Assembly (NCBI GenBank): GCA_963755915.1
Contig: CAVWLP010000002.1
Span: forward strand, 448,001 to 512,000
Length of the DNA stretch: 64,000 nucleotides
DNA from: an uncultured Phycisphaerales bacterium
GTDB lineage: Bacteria > Planctomycetota > Phycisphaerae > Tepidisphaerales > Tepidisphaeraceae
Direction of reading: 5' to 3'
The position numbers and the translations under genes were made by a program. This document shows, in pieces, positions 29,660 through 39,225 of this stretch (position 1 is its first letter; each line of letters opens with the position of its first letter). The notes under the pieces were generated by a model. That model saw only the letters and a list, made by a program, of their open reading frames with translations. It did no database searches and was not told where the DNA came from.

Positions 29660-29773
29660 TCCGGGATTTCTGGTCCCGCGAAACCAGAAATCCGAAACCA
29701 GAATGACGAATAAATGCATCACATTCTGATTTCTGGTTTGATTCGTCATTCTAGTTTCGGGATTCTGATTTCC
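29660..29773. repeat. Heptamer-built imperfect palindrome
   Basis: GAAACCA GAAATCC GAAACCA GAATGAC GAAT... mirrored by ...ATTC GTCATTC TAGTTTC GGGATTC TGATTTC. Confidence 0.8.
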
Positions 29774-29819
29774 GCCGCTGGTCGCACTTTTACCCCATAG
29801 CGTTTATTATGCGGCGGCC

Positions 29820-30962
29820 ATGTCCTCAATTCCTCTCTCGCAGCCGGACATCACGGCGGCGGAAATTGAAGCTGTTGTCGAGGTGTTGCAGACGCCTACG
29901 CTTTCGATCGGGCCGAAGATCGAGGAGTTTGAGAGATCGTGCGCAAAGATCGCGGGGAGGCGGCATGGGATTGGGGTCTCTTCCGGCACCGCGGGGCTGC
30001 ACGTGATGATGATCGCCGGGGGGGTCGGGCCGGGGGATGAGGTGATCACCACGCCCTTCTCGTTTGTGGCGTCGGCGAATTGCATTCTGTACGTGGGGGC
30101 CAGGCCGGTGTTCGCGGACATCGACCCGCAAACGCTAAACATGGATCCGGACAAGGCGGCGGCGGCGATCACGCCGAAAACCAAGGCGATCGTGGCGGTG
30201 GAGGCGTTTGGGAATCCGCGGGGGATGATCGAGCTGGAGCAGGTGGCGCAGAAAAATGAGCTGATCCTCATCGAAGACGCCTGCGAGGGTTTTGGCGGGC
30301 AGTTTGCCAGCCGCCGGATCGGATCCTTCGGGCGGGCGGCGGTGTTTGGGTTTTATCCGAATAAGCAGATCACCACCGGGGAAGGGGGAATGGTGGTGAC
30401 GGATGACGATAATTTCGCGGCGATGTGCCAGTCGCTGCGGAACCAGGGGCGCGAGGGAATGAACTGGCTGGCGCATGCGCGGCTGGGATACAATTATCGA
30501 CTCAGCGAAATCAACGCGGCGCTGGGGCTCGCGCAGATTTCGCGGCTGGAGGAGATCCTGGAAAATCGCCGGCGGGTGGCGCATCGCTATATGAACCGGC
30601 TGATGACGAACCGGTATCTGATCCTGCCGACCCTGCACGACGACACGCACATGAGCTGGTTTGTGTTCGTGGTGAGGTTGAGCGATCTTTTTGAGCCGGG
30701 GGATCGGGATCAGGTGATTCGCGATCTGCGCGCGGAGGGAGTCGGGTGCAGCAATTATTTTCCGCCGATCCATTTGCAGCCGTATATGCAGCAACTGCTG
30801 GGGATGAAGGAGGGGGATATGCCGTTCTGCGAGTATGTGGCGGCGCGCACGCTGGCGCTGCCGTTTTTCTCGCAGATGACGGAGCGGCAGGTGGACCGGG
30901 TTTGCGATGTGCTGGAGGAGACATTGGACAAGACGTTGACGGCGAGGAAGGGGAGGTTTTGA
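29820..30962 (+). CDS. DegT/DnrJ/EryC1/StrS family aminotransferase
   Basis: SSGTAGLH, TPFSFVASAN, IEDACE, FYPNKQITTGEGG and GYNYRLSEINAALG. Confidence 0.93.
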   Translation: MSSIPLSQPDITAAEIEAVVEVLQTPTLSIGPKIEEFERSCAKIAGRRHGIGVSSGTAGLHVMMIAGGVGPGDEVITTPFSFVASANCILYVGARPVFADIDPQTLNMDPDKAAAAITPKTKAIVAVEAFGNPRGMIELEQVAQKNELILIEDACEGFGGQFASRRIGSFGRAAVFGFYPNKQITTGEGGMVVTDDDNFAAMCQSLRNQGREGMNWLAHARLGYNYRLSEINAALGLAQISRLEEILENRRRVAHRYMNRLMTNRYLILPTLHDDTHMSWFVFVVRLSDLFEPGDRDQVIRDLRAEGVGCSNYFPPIHLQPYMQQLLGMKEGDMPFCEYVAARTLALPFFSQMTERQVDRVCDVLEETLDKTLTARKGRF

Positions 30963-30967
30963 GGGGA

Positions 30968-31040
30968 ATGCCGATTGCCGATTGCCAAATGCCGAATTGA
31001 AATGCGTGTGAAAGTGCGAAGGTGTGAAAGTGAGAAGGTG
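30968..31040. repeat. Short tandem heptamer (TTGCCRA) and octamer (GTGNGAAR) repeats
   Basis: ATGCCGATTGCCGATTGCCAAATGCCGA then GTGTGAAAGTGCGAAGGTGTGAAAGTGAGAAG, between convergent genes. Confidence 0.7.
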
Positions 31041-31045
31041 CTGAA

Positions 31046-31366
31046 TCAGAAAAATTCCGCGCCGCACTCGTAGGCGCCGTTGCCGGTGGGGCTGGGGCGG
31101 CAGGTGGCGATGCGGATTCGGGCGGAGGCGCGGAGGCCGCCGGCGTCGAGGACCATCCAGTGGACGGCCTCGGGGTCGAGCGATTCGTCCGAGCTGAAAC
31201 CCATGCCGTGCAAAGAGAGGTCGTTGACGACGACGTGGTGGTTGGAGCCGCGGGTGCCGGCCTCCGGGGAGAGCCAGGCGTTGGCGACGAAGGATTGCCG
31301 TTTGCTGCGGCGGCGGTCGGGGGCTACGGGGGGCTGCTCGAGGACCGCGGTCTGGGAAGAGTCCAT
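31046..31366 (-). CDS. Stand-alone PilZ domain protein
   Basis: DRRRSKR (RxxxR) and DLSLHG (D/NxSxxG) c-di-GMP motifs; ends GAEFF. Confidence 0.85.
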   Translation of the reverse strand: MDSSQTAVLEQPPVAPDRRRSKRQSFVANAWLSPEAGTRGSNHHVVVNDLSLHGMGFSSDESLDPEAVHWMVLDAGGLRASARIRIATCRPSPTGNGAYECGAEFF

Positions 31367-31451
31367 ATCTGGAGTTGTCGACTAAGTCGCGCTCCGACTT
31401 TGGCGGGGTGAGTTTGCGGTTTATACTAGTTGGTTGATGTAAATTGATGTC

Positions 31452-31493
31452 GGCCCTCACCCCTGCCCTCTCCCTGAGTACAGGGAGAGGGGG
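31452..31493 (+). repeat. REP-like hairpin element
   Basis: GGCCCTCACCCCTG-CCCTCTCCCTG-agta-CAGGGAGAGGG; compensatory T-A pair relative to the 28336 copy. Confidence 0.9.
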
Positions 31494-31517
31494 TTAAGAG
31501 TTTTATCGGAGCTAATT

Positions 31518-32981
31518 GTGGCGCGAATATGCAAATCGCATCGGGTTCTGGTCGGGCTGGAAGTTCACGTGCAGCTTTGCACGGCTTCGAAGATGTTTAC
31601 CGGGGCGGCCAATGGTTTTGGGGGGGAGCCCAATACGCAGGTGGATGAGCAGGTGCTGGGGTTGCCGGGCGTTTTGCCGGTGATGAACAAGCGGGCGGTG
31701 GAGTATGCAATCAAGGCCGGGCTGGCGCTGGGGTGCAGGATCGCCAAGCATACGAAGTGGGACCGGAAGAGTTATTACTATCCGGATTTGCCGAAGAATT
31801 ATCAGATCAGCCAGTACGATCTGCCGCTCTGTTACGAGGGGGAATTTGAGCTGGTTCGCAAGGATGGGTCATCGGTGAAGATCCGGATTCGGCGGGCGCA
31901 TCTTGAGGAGGATGCGGGGAAATTGCTGCACGAAGCGCCGGGGGGATATGCGATCGATTTCAGCATCGTCGATCTGAATCGCGCGGGGACGCCGCTGCTG
32001 GAGATCGTGACGGAGCCGGATTTAACGACCCCGGCGGATGTGGCGCTGTTTGGGCAGGAGCTTCAGAAGATCGTGCAATTCCTGGGCGTGAGCCTGGGGC
32101 AGATGCAGATGGGGCACATGCGGTTTGAGCCGAACATCAACGTGCATATCACCGATGCCGAGGGACAGGTGCATAAGACGGCGATTACGGAGATCAAAAA
32201 TCTGAACAGCTTCAGCGTCCTGGAGCGGGCGACGGCGTACGAAGTGCAGCGGCAGATTCGCGAGTGGGAAGAGACCGGCTCGCTGGGGCGCAAGAGCACC
32301 TACGGCTGGGACGAAGCGAGCGGGACGACGTTTTTGCAGCGGGAGAAGGAAGAGGCGAACGACTATCGATATTTCCCGGACCCGGACCTGGTGCCGGTGG
32401 AAGTGGATGAGGCGTGGCTGGCGGAGATCAAGGCGCAGGTGGGCGAGTTGCCCGTCGCACGACGCAAAAGATATGTGGATGCGCTGGGACTGTCGACCAC
32501 CGATGCCGCGATTTTGGCGGGGGACCGGGCGACAGGAGAATTCTATGAGGCGGCGATCGCGGCCGGCGGGGACGCGAAACGGGTGAGCAATCTGATTCTC
32601 TCGCACGGCCGGCGGCTGGCGAATGAGAAAGGGGTGGCCCTTGCCCAGATCGGCGTGCCGGCGCAGCGGTTCGCGGAAGTAGCGAAGTTGATCGACGCAA
32701 ACACAATCTCGGCCAGCTCCGCAGGGGCGATTTTCGATCGGCTGCGGGAAAATGATGCGCCGGCGGAAGCGATCGCGCAGGAGCTGGGGCTGATGCAGGT
32801 GAGTGATACCAGCGCCATCGACGCGGCCATCGATGCGGTGATCGCGGCGAATCCCAAGCCGCTGCAGGATTACCGAGCGGGGAAGCAGACGGCGATGGGG
32901 GCGCTGGTGGGGATGGTGATGAAGAGCGGGAAGGGGCTGAATCCGAAGATGGTGCAGGAGGCGCTGAGGAAGAAGCTGTAG
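31518..32981 (+). CDS. gatB: Asp-tRNA(Asn)/Glu-tRNA(Gln) amidotransferase subunit B
   Basis: VGLEVHVQL, YYYPDLPKNYQISQY, HLEEDAGK, DLNRAGTPLLEIVTEPD, EIKNLNSF and DYRYFPDPDL. Confidence 0.97.
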   Translation: MARICKSHRVLVGLEVHVQLCTASKMFTGAANGFGGEPNTQVDEQVLGLPGVLPVMNKRAVEYAIKAGLALGCRIAKHTKWDRKSYYYPDLPKNYQISQYDLPLCYEGEFELVRKDGSSVKIRIRRAHLEEDAGKLLHEAPGGYAIDFSIVDLNRAGTPLLEIVTEPDLTTPADVALFGQELQKIVQFLGVSLGQMQMGHMRFEPNINVHITDAEGQVHKTAITEIKNLNSFSVLERATAYEVQRQIREWEETGSLGRKSTYGWDEASGTTFLQREKEEANDYRYFPDPDLVPVEVDEAWLAEIKAQVGELPVARRKRYVDALGLSTTDAAILAGDRATGEFYEAAIAAGGDAKRVSNLILSHGRRLANEKGVALAQIGVPAQRFAEVAKLIDANTISASSAGAIFDRLRENDAPAEAIAQELGLMQVSDTSAIDAAIDAVIAANPKPLQDYRAGKQTAMGALVGMVMKSGKGLNPKMVQEALRKKL

Positions 32982-33007
32982 TAGCTTTTTTGTCCGACGC
33001 TCATTGC

Positions 33008-33148
33008 TGAATTCCGAAACCAGAAATCCGAATGACGAATCAATGACCGAATAACGAAACCCGAACGAAACGGAACTGGGCGCGTGGCATTCGCCATTCG
33101 GTCATTGGGGCTTGGTTCGTCATTCGGATTTCTGGTTTCGGGTTTTTC
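33008..33148. repeat. Heptamer-built imperfect palindrome
   Basis: CCGAAACCAGAAATCCGAATGACGAA ... TTCGTCATTCGGATTTCTGGTTTCGG arms. Confidence 0.85.
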
Positions 33149-33168
33149 ACGAGCTTATGATTCAAGAG

Positions 33169-33531
33169 ATGCCCGTCATAACCCCCGCCAAGCTCGATCT
33201 GAAGCGCGATGAAAAGCTGGAGATTCTCTGGAAGGACGGAACGCACAGCGTTTATTCGCTTTCCTATTTGCGGTCGATGTGCCCGTGCGCGGTGTGCAAG
33301 ATGGTGCGGGAGGGGAGGGATCCGCACGATATTTCGCCGCAGCCGGAGGAGCCGAAGAAGAAGACCACGCTGAATATTTTGCCGGGGAATTATGCCCAGC
33401 CGCTGACGGTGAAAAGTGCGCAGATGGTGGGGAACTATGCGATCCAGATCGACTGGTCGGACGATCATGGGTCGGGGATTTATTCGTTTGAATATTTGAG
33501 GTCGATTAGCCCGCCGGGAGAAAAGATTTAA
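33169..33531 (+). CDS. DUF971 (GBBH-like N-terminal) domain protein
   Basis: LEILWKDG, YLRSMCPCAVC and VGNYAIQIDWSDDHGSGIYSFEYL. Confidence 0.9.
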   Translation: MPVITPAKLDLKRDEKLEILWKDGTHSVYSLSYLRSMCPCAVCKMVREGRDPHDISPQPEEPKKKTTLNILPGNYAQPLTVKSAQMVGNYAIQIDWSDDHGSGIYSFEYLRSISPPGEKI

Positions 33532-33608
33532 CCACGGATTACACGGATTTCACGGATAAGAAAAAGCGTTTTCCCTATCCGCGCCCATCCGTGAAATCCG
33601 TGGTTAAA
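33527..33608. repeat. Nonamer-built palindrome between convergent genes (possible bidirectional terminator)
   Basis: TTTAACCACGGATTACACGGATTTCACGGAT ... ATCCGCGCCCATCCGTGAAATCCGTGGTTAAA. Confidence 0.8.
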
Positions 33609-33614
33609 AATTCT

Positions 33615-34628
33615 TCATTGTGCATTGATCTGAGAAAGCAGTCCCTTCGCCTTGTCTGCCGCGGGGTCGTTGGGATATTGCTTGATCAATTGATTCAACT
33701 TGTCTTTCGCCTTGTCGGTCATTCCACTGGCGATGTAGGCCTGGGCGAGATGAAGAAGGCGGTTGGGCTCATCGGGTGTAGCGGCCTGAGTGCCGACGGC
33801 GGGGGCGGCGCCCGGCGGCTGCGATTTCACGAGTTCCAACTGCTGAATTCTGGCCTTGAACCAATCCGGGTTCGATATCATATCGTGATCCACGGGCTCG
33901 ATTTTTACGTAATCGAATCCATCGTTTTCCATTCGGTTCGCTATCGATTTCCACCCGCTTTCGTGTCCCGGTGTGGTGTCCTGGGCCGCGAATCCAAGAA
34001 TCTGCACGTGGGACTTCACCAGGTTCATCAGCCGGGGCGGTGGATTAACCTCGAAAAGCGGCTGATCGCCCGCCCAGAGCGGTTTGTTGTATCCTACCCA
34101 CCAGCAATACAGATCGCCCATCACGACGTCGCCGGTGCTCCAGCCGATGGGTTCCTCGGTCTGTCCTAATCCGAAAAAATAAATTCGGGCGGGATCGACG
34201 TTATAGATTTTGCGGACGTTATAAATTGCATCGAGGCATATTCCGACGCCGTTGAGCTCGGGGCGATGATCCCTTTTTGTGGCGATCATCATGAAATAGA
34301 GCTTATCGAGAGTAGGACGATAGCCCTGGTAAATGTCGGGCGAGCCGTCCTGCCAGATTTGCATGATCAGGCCGATGGGTTTTTGGGGATCGTAGTTTGC
34401 CGGAACGTAGGCTGTGAGCGGCTCCTGCGATAAATCATAATCTGCGCCGAGTTTTTCTTTGGAAAGGCCGATGCGCTCGATCAGTTTGGAGTATTCGGTG
34501 TCGGGACTTCGCTGTGTAAATGTGATGTCAAAGGCGCCGGTTTTAGCGGGCTGAGTTGTGGGTGCGGGATCGGCGAAAGTTGTGGAGACAAAGAGCAAAC
34601 AGAGAATTGTTGAAGCGATATTCCGCAT
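33615..34628 (-). CDS. Secreted protein with alpha/beta-hydrolase-like core and C-terminal TPR
   Basis: Signal peptide + APTTQPA; YVPANYDP..PIGLI and YNVDPARIYFFG; TPR tail LHLAQAYIASG...LIKQYPND. Confidence 0.7.
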   Translation of the reverse strand: MRNIASTILCLLFVSTTFADPAPTTQPAKTGAFDITFTQRSPDTEYSKLIERIGLSKEKLGADYDLSQEPLTAYVPANYDPQKPIGLIMQIWQDGSPDIYQGYRPTLDKLYFMMIATKRDHRPELNGVGICLDAIYNVRKIYNVDPARIYFFGLGQTEEPIGWSTGDVVMGDLYCWWVGYNKPLWAGDQPLFEVNPPPRLMNLVKSHVQILGFAAQDTTPGHESGWKSIANRMENDGFDYVKIEPVDHDMISNPDWFKARIQQLELVKSQPPGAAPAVGTQAATPDEPNRLLHLAQAYIASGMTDKAKDKLNQLIKQYPNDPAADKAKGLLSQINAQ

Positions 34629-34646
34629 CAGTGCAAGTATAGCAAA

Positions 34647-34685
34647 CCCCCTCCCTGACCCTCCCCCGGAATACCGGGGGTGGGG
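34647..34685 (+). repeat. REP-like hairpin element (diverged)
   Basis: CCCCCTCCCTGA-CCCTCCCCCGG-aata-CCGGGGGTGGG. Confidence 0.75.
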
Positions 34686-34708
34686 AAAAAACCGCAGACG
34701 CGCAGCGT

Positions 34709-36079
34709 CTAAAAATCCGCCATTGCCTGCGAGAGCCGGCGGACTTCGTGCAGGGCCATGCCTTTGAGTTTGGGGATATGTTCGCCGATGGGGGGGACGA
34801 TGGCGTGGGCGACGCCGAGGCGGGAGGCTTCGCGCAGGCGGGTTTCGAGCTGGGGGACGGGGCGGACTTCGCCGCCCAGGCCGAGCTCGCCGACAGCGAG
34901 GGTGCCGGGAGGGAGGGGGCGATTCATGTGGGCGGAGGAGATGGCCAGGGCGATGGCGAGATCGATGGCGGGCTCAGGGGTTTTGACGCCGCCGGCGATG
35001 TTGACGAAGACGTCATCCGCGGCAAGGCGAAGCTCGGCGCGTTTTTCGAGGACGGCGATGATCATGGCGAGGCGGTCGGAGGAGACGCCGCTGGATTTCC
35101 GCTTGGCCGCGCCGATGACGCTGGAAGCGGTGAGGGCCTGGACCTCGATGAGCAAAACGCGCGAGCCCTGCATGGCGGCGGTAATGACGGAGCCGCTGGG
35201 CTGGCCGCCGGGGCCGTATTGTTCGATGAAGAGCTTGCCCGGGTCGAGGACTTCCTGGAGCCCGCGGCCGGTCATTTCGAAGAGGCCGACTTCGTGCGTC
35301 GAGCCAAAACGATTTTTCATGCAGCGGACAATGCGGTGGGCGTGGAAGCGATCGCCCTCGAAATTGGCGACGGTGTCGACGATGTGCTCGATAAGCTTGG
35401 GGCCGGCGAGGACGCCCTCCTTGGTAACGTGGCCGACGAGGACGATCGCGGTGCCCGAGGTTTTGGCGAGGTAGACCAAGTCCATGCAGCAGTCGCGGAG
35501 TTGGGTGATGGAGCCGGGGGCGGCGGGGAGGTTGGGCTTGTAAATCATCTGGATCGAATCGATGACCGCGACGGCGGGCTGATGTTTGGCGATCTGGTGG
35601 ATGATGCGCTCGATGTTGGTCTCGGCGAGGACGAGAAGCTTTCCGGATTTCACGCCGAGGCGTCCGGCGCGAAGCGCGGTCTGGCGGGCGGATTCTTCGC
35701 TGGTGACGTAGAGGACTTTTGAGGCGGCATCGGCGGCGGCCATGGCGTGGGCGACCTGGAGCAGGAGCGTGGATTTTCCGATGCCGGGCTCTCCACCGAC
35801 GAGAACGACGGAGCCGGGGACGATTCCGCCGCCGAGGACGCGGTCGAATTCGCCGATGCCGGTGGCGAGGCGCGGGGTCTGGGATTCGTCGATCTGATCG
35901 ATGGGCATGGCCTCGGCGGCGGCAAGGTCGGCGCCGGTGCGCTCTGCGCGGGCGTCGGGGGCGGGCGGGGTGAAGGGTTCGAGGCTGTTCCAGGTGCCGC
36001 AATCGGGGCATTTGCCGAGCCACTTGGGGTGGATGGAGCCGCAGTGGTTGCAGAGGAATTGGGAGCGGGGTTTGGGCAC
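34709..36079 (-). CDS. radA: DNA repair protein RadA/Sms
   Basis: Zn finger CNHC...CPDC, GGEPGIGKSTLLLQ, KNRFG motif and Lon-like C-terminus. Confidence 0.97.
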   Translation of the reverse strand: MPKPRSQFLCNHCGSIHPKWLGKCPDCGTWNSLEPFTPPAPDARAERTGADLAAAEAMPIDQIDESQTPRLATGIGEFDRVLGGGIVPGSVVLVGGEPGIGKSTLLLQVAHAMAAADAASKVLYVTSEESARQTALRAGRLGVKSGKLLVLAETNIERIIHQIAKHQPAVAVIDSIQMIYKPNLPAAPGSITQLRDCCMDLVYLAKTSGTAIVLVGHVTKEGVLAGPKLIEHIVDTVANFEGDRFHAHRIVRCMKNRFGSTHEVGLFEMTGRGLQEVLDPGKLFIEQYGPGGQPSGSVITAAMQGSRVLLIEVQALTASSVIGAAKRKSSGVSSDRLAMIIAVLEKRAELRLAADDVFVNIAGGVKTPEPAIDLAIALAISSAHMNRPLPPGTLAVGELGLGGEVRPVPQLETRLREASRLGVAHAIVPPIGEHIPKLKGMALHEVRRLSQAMADF

Positions 36080-36121
36080 GGGGAGATGGTCAGGGGGTTT
36101 CGGCGAAATTGCAAATCGCGG

Positions 36122-36248
36122 GGAAATCAGAATCCCGAAACCAGAAAACCGAATCAAATCCGAAACCCGAATGACGAAACGGTCGCCGGTTTCGTCATTT
36201 GGTCATTCTGGTTTGATTCGGATTTCTGGATTCGGATTTCTGGTTTTT
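36122..36248. repeat. Heptamer-built imperfect palindrome
   Basis: GAAATCAGAATCCCGAAACCAGAAAACCGAATCAAATCCGAAACCCGAATGACGAAAC ... GTTTCGTCATTTGGTCATTCTGGTTTGATTCGGATTTCTGG. Confidence 0.85.
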
Positions 36249-37645
36249 TAAGAGATGTGCGCCGGCGGCGCCGTCTCGAGTATCGGCGACTCATCGAGCT
36301 CGATTTCTCGATTCAGCACCCGCAGGGTGTACCACGGGAGCCAGATGCCGCAGCGGGCGGCGACTGCGCAGATGGTGCCGAAGACGATGCCGCGGAGGCC
36401 GAGGTGGAAATAGCGGACAAAGCTATAGCTGAGAAAGACGTTGGCCACGCCGGCGATGAGGACGGAGATGGTGAAGGCGCGGACTTTTCCGATGGCGAGG
36501 AGGATGGAGCGGCCGACGGCGCTGCTGCCGCCGATGGTGGTGTGGATGAGGACGAAGGGGAGCAGGGCGCAGGTGGCCTGCATGGGGTCGCCGAGCCAGA
36601 TCCGGAAGAAATAGGGGGCGAGGAGCCAAAGGATGGGGGCGGCGAAAAGAAGCAGGAGAAACGTGGCAAGGGTGCCGCGGATGTAGTAGCGGCGGACGAC
36701 GTGAGGCTCGCCGGCGGCGTGGGCGAGGGCGGTGCGCGGGAGGAGGACCGACGCCAGCGCGTTAACCAGCAGCAGCGCTCCGCCGTCGATCTGAACGGCC
36801 GGGGTATAGGTCGCAACGTAGGATTGACCGAGCAGATAGAGGATCAGGAGATTGCTGGTGGGGGCGTAGAGATAGTCCGCCATCTGGGCCGCCACTACCA
36901 TCGAGCCGAAAACCGTCAGGCGGCGCACGAGCGAAAAATCGAATCGTCGCCACCATTTTTCGAAAAGGCCGCTGCCGAAAACGTGAGACGTAATCGCCCG
37001 CAAGATCAGCAGGATTCCGGAGGCGGAAATAAGGGCGAATCCCACGGCCCGCTGCCAGGGGAAGTGAAAAACAAAAAGACCGATGCCGGTTCCCGCGCTC
37101 CAGATGAGCTCATGGCTGGTGAGCAGGATGTTGTCGACGAAAATCTTTCCGGAGGTTTGGAGTGCCGCCCCGGCGGCGTCGCTCATAAGGCGAAGGAGGG
37201 TGGCGGTGCCGACCATCATCACCAGTTCCAGGGCGGCGCCTCCGGTGGTTGTGTTGGTCTGGGTGCCGCGAAAGTAGAAGCCGAAACAGACCAGCAGAAT
37301 CGCCCCCGCCAGCGCCGTCAGGAGTGCCATTGTGAAGCCATTGGCGTAGACGGTCTGCACGGCCGACGTGCGATTGGGGGGAACAGAGTCGTAATCGATG
37401 ACCGGCAGGCCGCGCGTCCGATCGTCGCGCATGGCCTCGGCAGTGAGGCGAATGATGGCCGGGCTGAGGCCGATGGCGGCGTATTCCAGGATTCCGACGG
37501 TGGATTGAATGATCGCCAGAAACGCAAACGCCGGTTTTCCCGCCACGCGGAAAACGGCGGCCGTTACGAGGAGCCATGCCGCCATTCGCGCCGCGGTGAC
37601 GAAATAGGCGGAGATGATGTCGCGGCGGAGAGAGGGCGCGGGCAC
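36248..37645 (-). CDS. MOP-superfamily oligosaccharide flippase (Wzx/MATE-like)
   Basis: About 12 TM helices; C-terminal AGVANVFLSYSFV...LGLRGIVFGT typical of polysaccharide exporter C domains. Confidence 0.8.
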   Translation of the reverse strand: MPAPSLRRDIISAYFVTAARMAAWLLVTAAVFRVAGKPAFAFLAIIQSTVGILEYAAIGLSPAIIRLTAEAMRDDRTRGLPVIDYDSVPPNRTSAVQTVYANGFTMALLTALAGAILLVCFGFYFRGTQTNTTTGGAALELVMMVGTATLLRLMSDAAGAALQTSGKIFVDNILLTSHELIWSAGTGIGLFVFHFPWQRAVGFALISASGILLILRAITSHVFGSGLFEKWWRRFDFSLVRRLTVFGSMVVAAQMADYLYAPTSNLLILYLLGQSYVATYTPAVQIDGGALLLVNALASVLLPRTALAHAAGEPHVVRRYYIRGTLATFLLLLFAAPILWLLAPYFFRIWLGDPMQATCALLPFVLIHTTIGGSSAVGRSILLAIGKVRAFTISVLIAGVANVFLSYSFVRYFHLGLRGIVFGTICAVAARCGIWLPWYTLRVLNREIELDESPILETAPPAHIS

Positions 37646-37728
37646 GGCAATGAATATATCGGAAAAGCATTGCCGAATGCCGAATGCCAATTGCCGAATT
37701 TCGGGAGTCGCCCGCTGAAAAGTCTATT

Positions 37729-37855
37729 TCCCCTCGCCCGGTACTCCGGGAGAGGGCAAGCGTGCGCAGCACCGCGCGGGTGAGGGCCGTGGGTGCGCAA
37801 GGATTTTTCCAAGGCCCTCACCCCGGCCCTCTCCCGGAGTACCGGGCGAGGGGGA
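37729..37855. repeat. Inverted pair of REP-like hairpin elements
   Basis: Minus-strand copy at about 37729-37788 with a 20-bp insert; plus-strand copy at 37813-37855 (GGCCCTCACCCCGGCCCTCTCCCGGAGTACCGGGCGAGGGGG). Confidence 0.85.
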
Positions 37856-37863
37856 AATTTCTG

Positions 37864-39186
37864 TTATGCCGCGAGTGAACGGATGGGCTGGGGGATGCGA
37901 ATGGACTGGGAAGTCTCCGCCGGGGCGCGCATAGCGCGGCGGATGAGCATGAATGCCGCAACCGTCATCAGGGGGACGGTAGGATTGATGCGGGATTTCC
38001 AGAACATGAGGACCAGGAAAAGGGCCGACCAGACGAGCGGCAGCCAGCGGTCTTCCCAATTGGAGGTGTTGGAAGAATTCTGCCGGTCGGCAACGTAGAC
38101 GACGATGGCGACGCTAACGAGCAACAGATCGTAATCGAAGTAGAAGGGCATCAGCAGGGGCATCGAGGCGATGGCGGCGGAGATCAGGCGGTCGCGCGCG
38201 GATGGGGTTTGGCCGGTGCGAAAAATTTGCAGGGCCATGGCGGCAAGAGCGACAGTGAGGGCGAATTCGCTGAGTAGCCAGAGCAGTTGCGGGATCGTGG
38301 CCATGGGGCCGATGGCGTCGCCCTGGAACAGCTCGCGCCAGAAGGCTTTGAAGGTGACGTGGCGTTCCCAGCGGTAATGATTCAGCTCCTCGATCCAGTG
38401 GAGGTTCTGGGGCATGTGATAAACGAATTCGTGGAGGGAGCCGGGCATGGTGAGGACGTTGACCAGCACCAGCGTGGTTCCGGTGAGACAGACGCCCAAG
38501 ATCGCGCGGCGGCCCTGGCTGACGCAGAGGACGGCGGCGATGACCAGGCCGAGCTGGGGTTTGTAGAAGAGCAGACCGCAGACGATGCCGGAAAGAAGGG
38601 GATAGCCGCCGCGCCAGAGGCAGACGGTTGTTGTCAGCAGCAGGAGCGAGAAGAAAGTGTTCTGGCCATGGCAGAAGGTTTGGAAGCAGGGCATGGCCAT
38701 GAGGACCAGGAAGGGGACGAGGAGCTGATTGCGGAATCCGCCCTGGATCATTCGGCACAATAAAGCGAACGAGATCGCCAGACAGAAGGCGGAGATGGCC
38801 CACCAGATATGCAGAGCCGTCAGAAACGGAAAAGCGGAGAGGGGTGCGAAGAGCCAGGCGGCAAATGGCGGATTCCACCAGGGGCCGAAACTGTTGCCCA
38901 GGGAGAGGCCGGCGGCGTGGCCGACGTTCCACTCGAAGGTTTTGGTCGCGGGGAGATCGAAGAGGCGTTCGTAATGTCCGGTGCGGGCGCAGGTGCCGCC
39001 GTAGTAGAAGGGGAGGAAATCGTGACCGAGCATGTCCCAGGTGACGGCTCGCTCGCGGGAGACGATGGAGTTGCCGATCAGGAGGGTGACGATAAAGACG
39101 GCGACGAGCCCGCCGCCGCGCCAGAGGCGCGTGGGAAGGGGATGGTTGGTTCCGAGAACATTTTGAACGATTCGCGGGAGATGCAT
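37864..39186 (-). CDS. GT87/DUF2029-like membrane glycosyltransferase
   Basis: HDFLPFY, WNPPFAAWLFAPLS, GQNTFFSL, YKPQLG and FDYDLLL. Confidence 0.85.
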   Translation of the reverse strand: MHLPRIVQNVLGTNHPLPTRLWRGGGLVAVFIVTLLIGNSIVSRERAVTWDMLGHDFLPFYYGGTCARTGHYERLFDLPATKTFEWNVGHAAGLSLGNSFGPWWNPPFAAWLFAPLSAFPFLTALHIWWAISAFCLAISFALLCRMIQGGFRNQLLVPFLVLMAMPCFQTFCHGQNTFFSLLLLTTTVCLWRGGYPLLSGIVCGLLFYKPQLGLVIAAVLCVSQGRRAILGVCLTGTTLVLVNVLTMPGSLHEFVYHMPQNLHWIEELNHYRWERHVTFKAFWRELFQGDAIGPMATIPQLLWLLSEFALTVALAAMALQIFRTGQTPSARDRLISAAIASMPLLMPFYFDYDLLLVSVAIVVYVADRQNSSNTSNWEDRWLPLVWSALFLVLMFWKSRINPTVPLMTVAAFMLIRRAMRAPAETSQSIRIPQPIRSLAA

Positions 39187-39225
39187 TTGGGCATTTCCGC
39201 TATCGGCGTAATTGGGGGAGGTGGA

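Noticed and set aside
34748-37783. 324-aa and 678-aa plus-strand ORFs
   Set aside because: Antisense to radA and the flippase, read through a repeat, and have no motifs.
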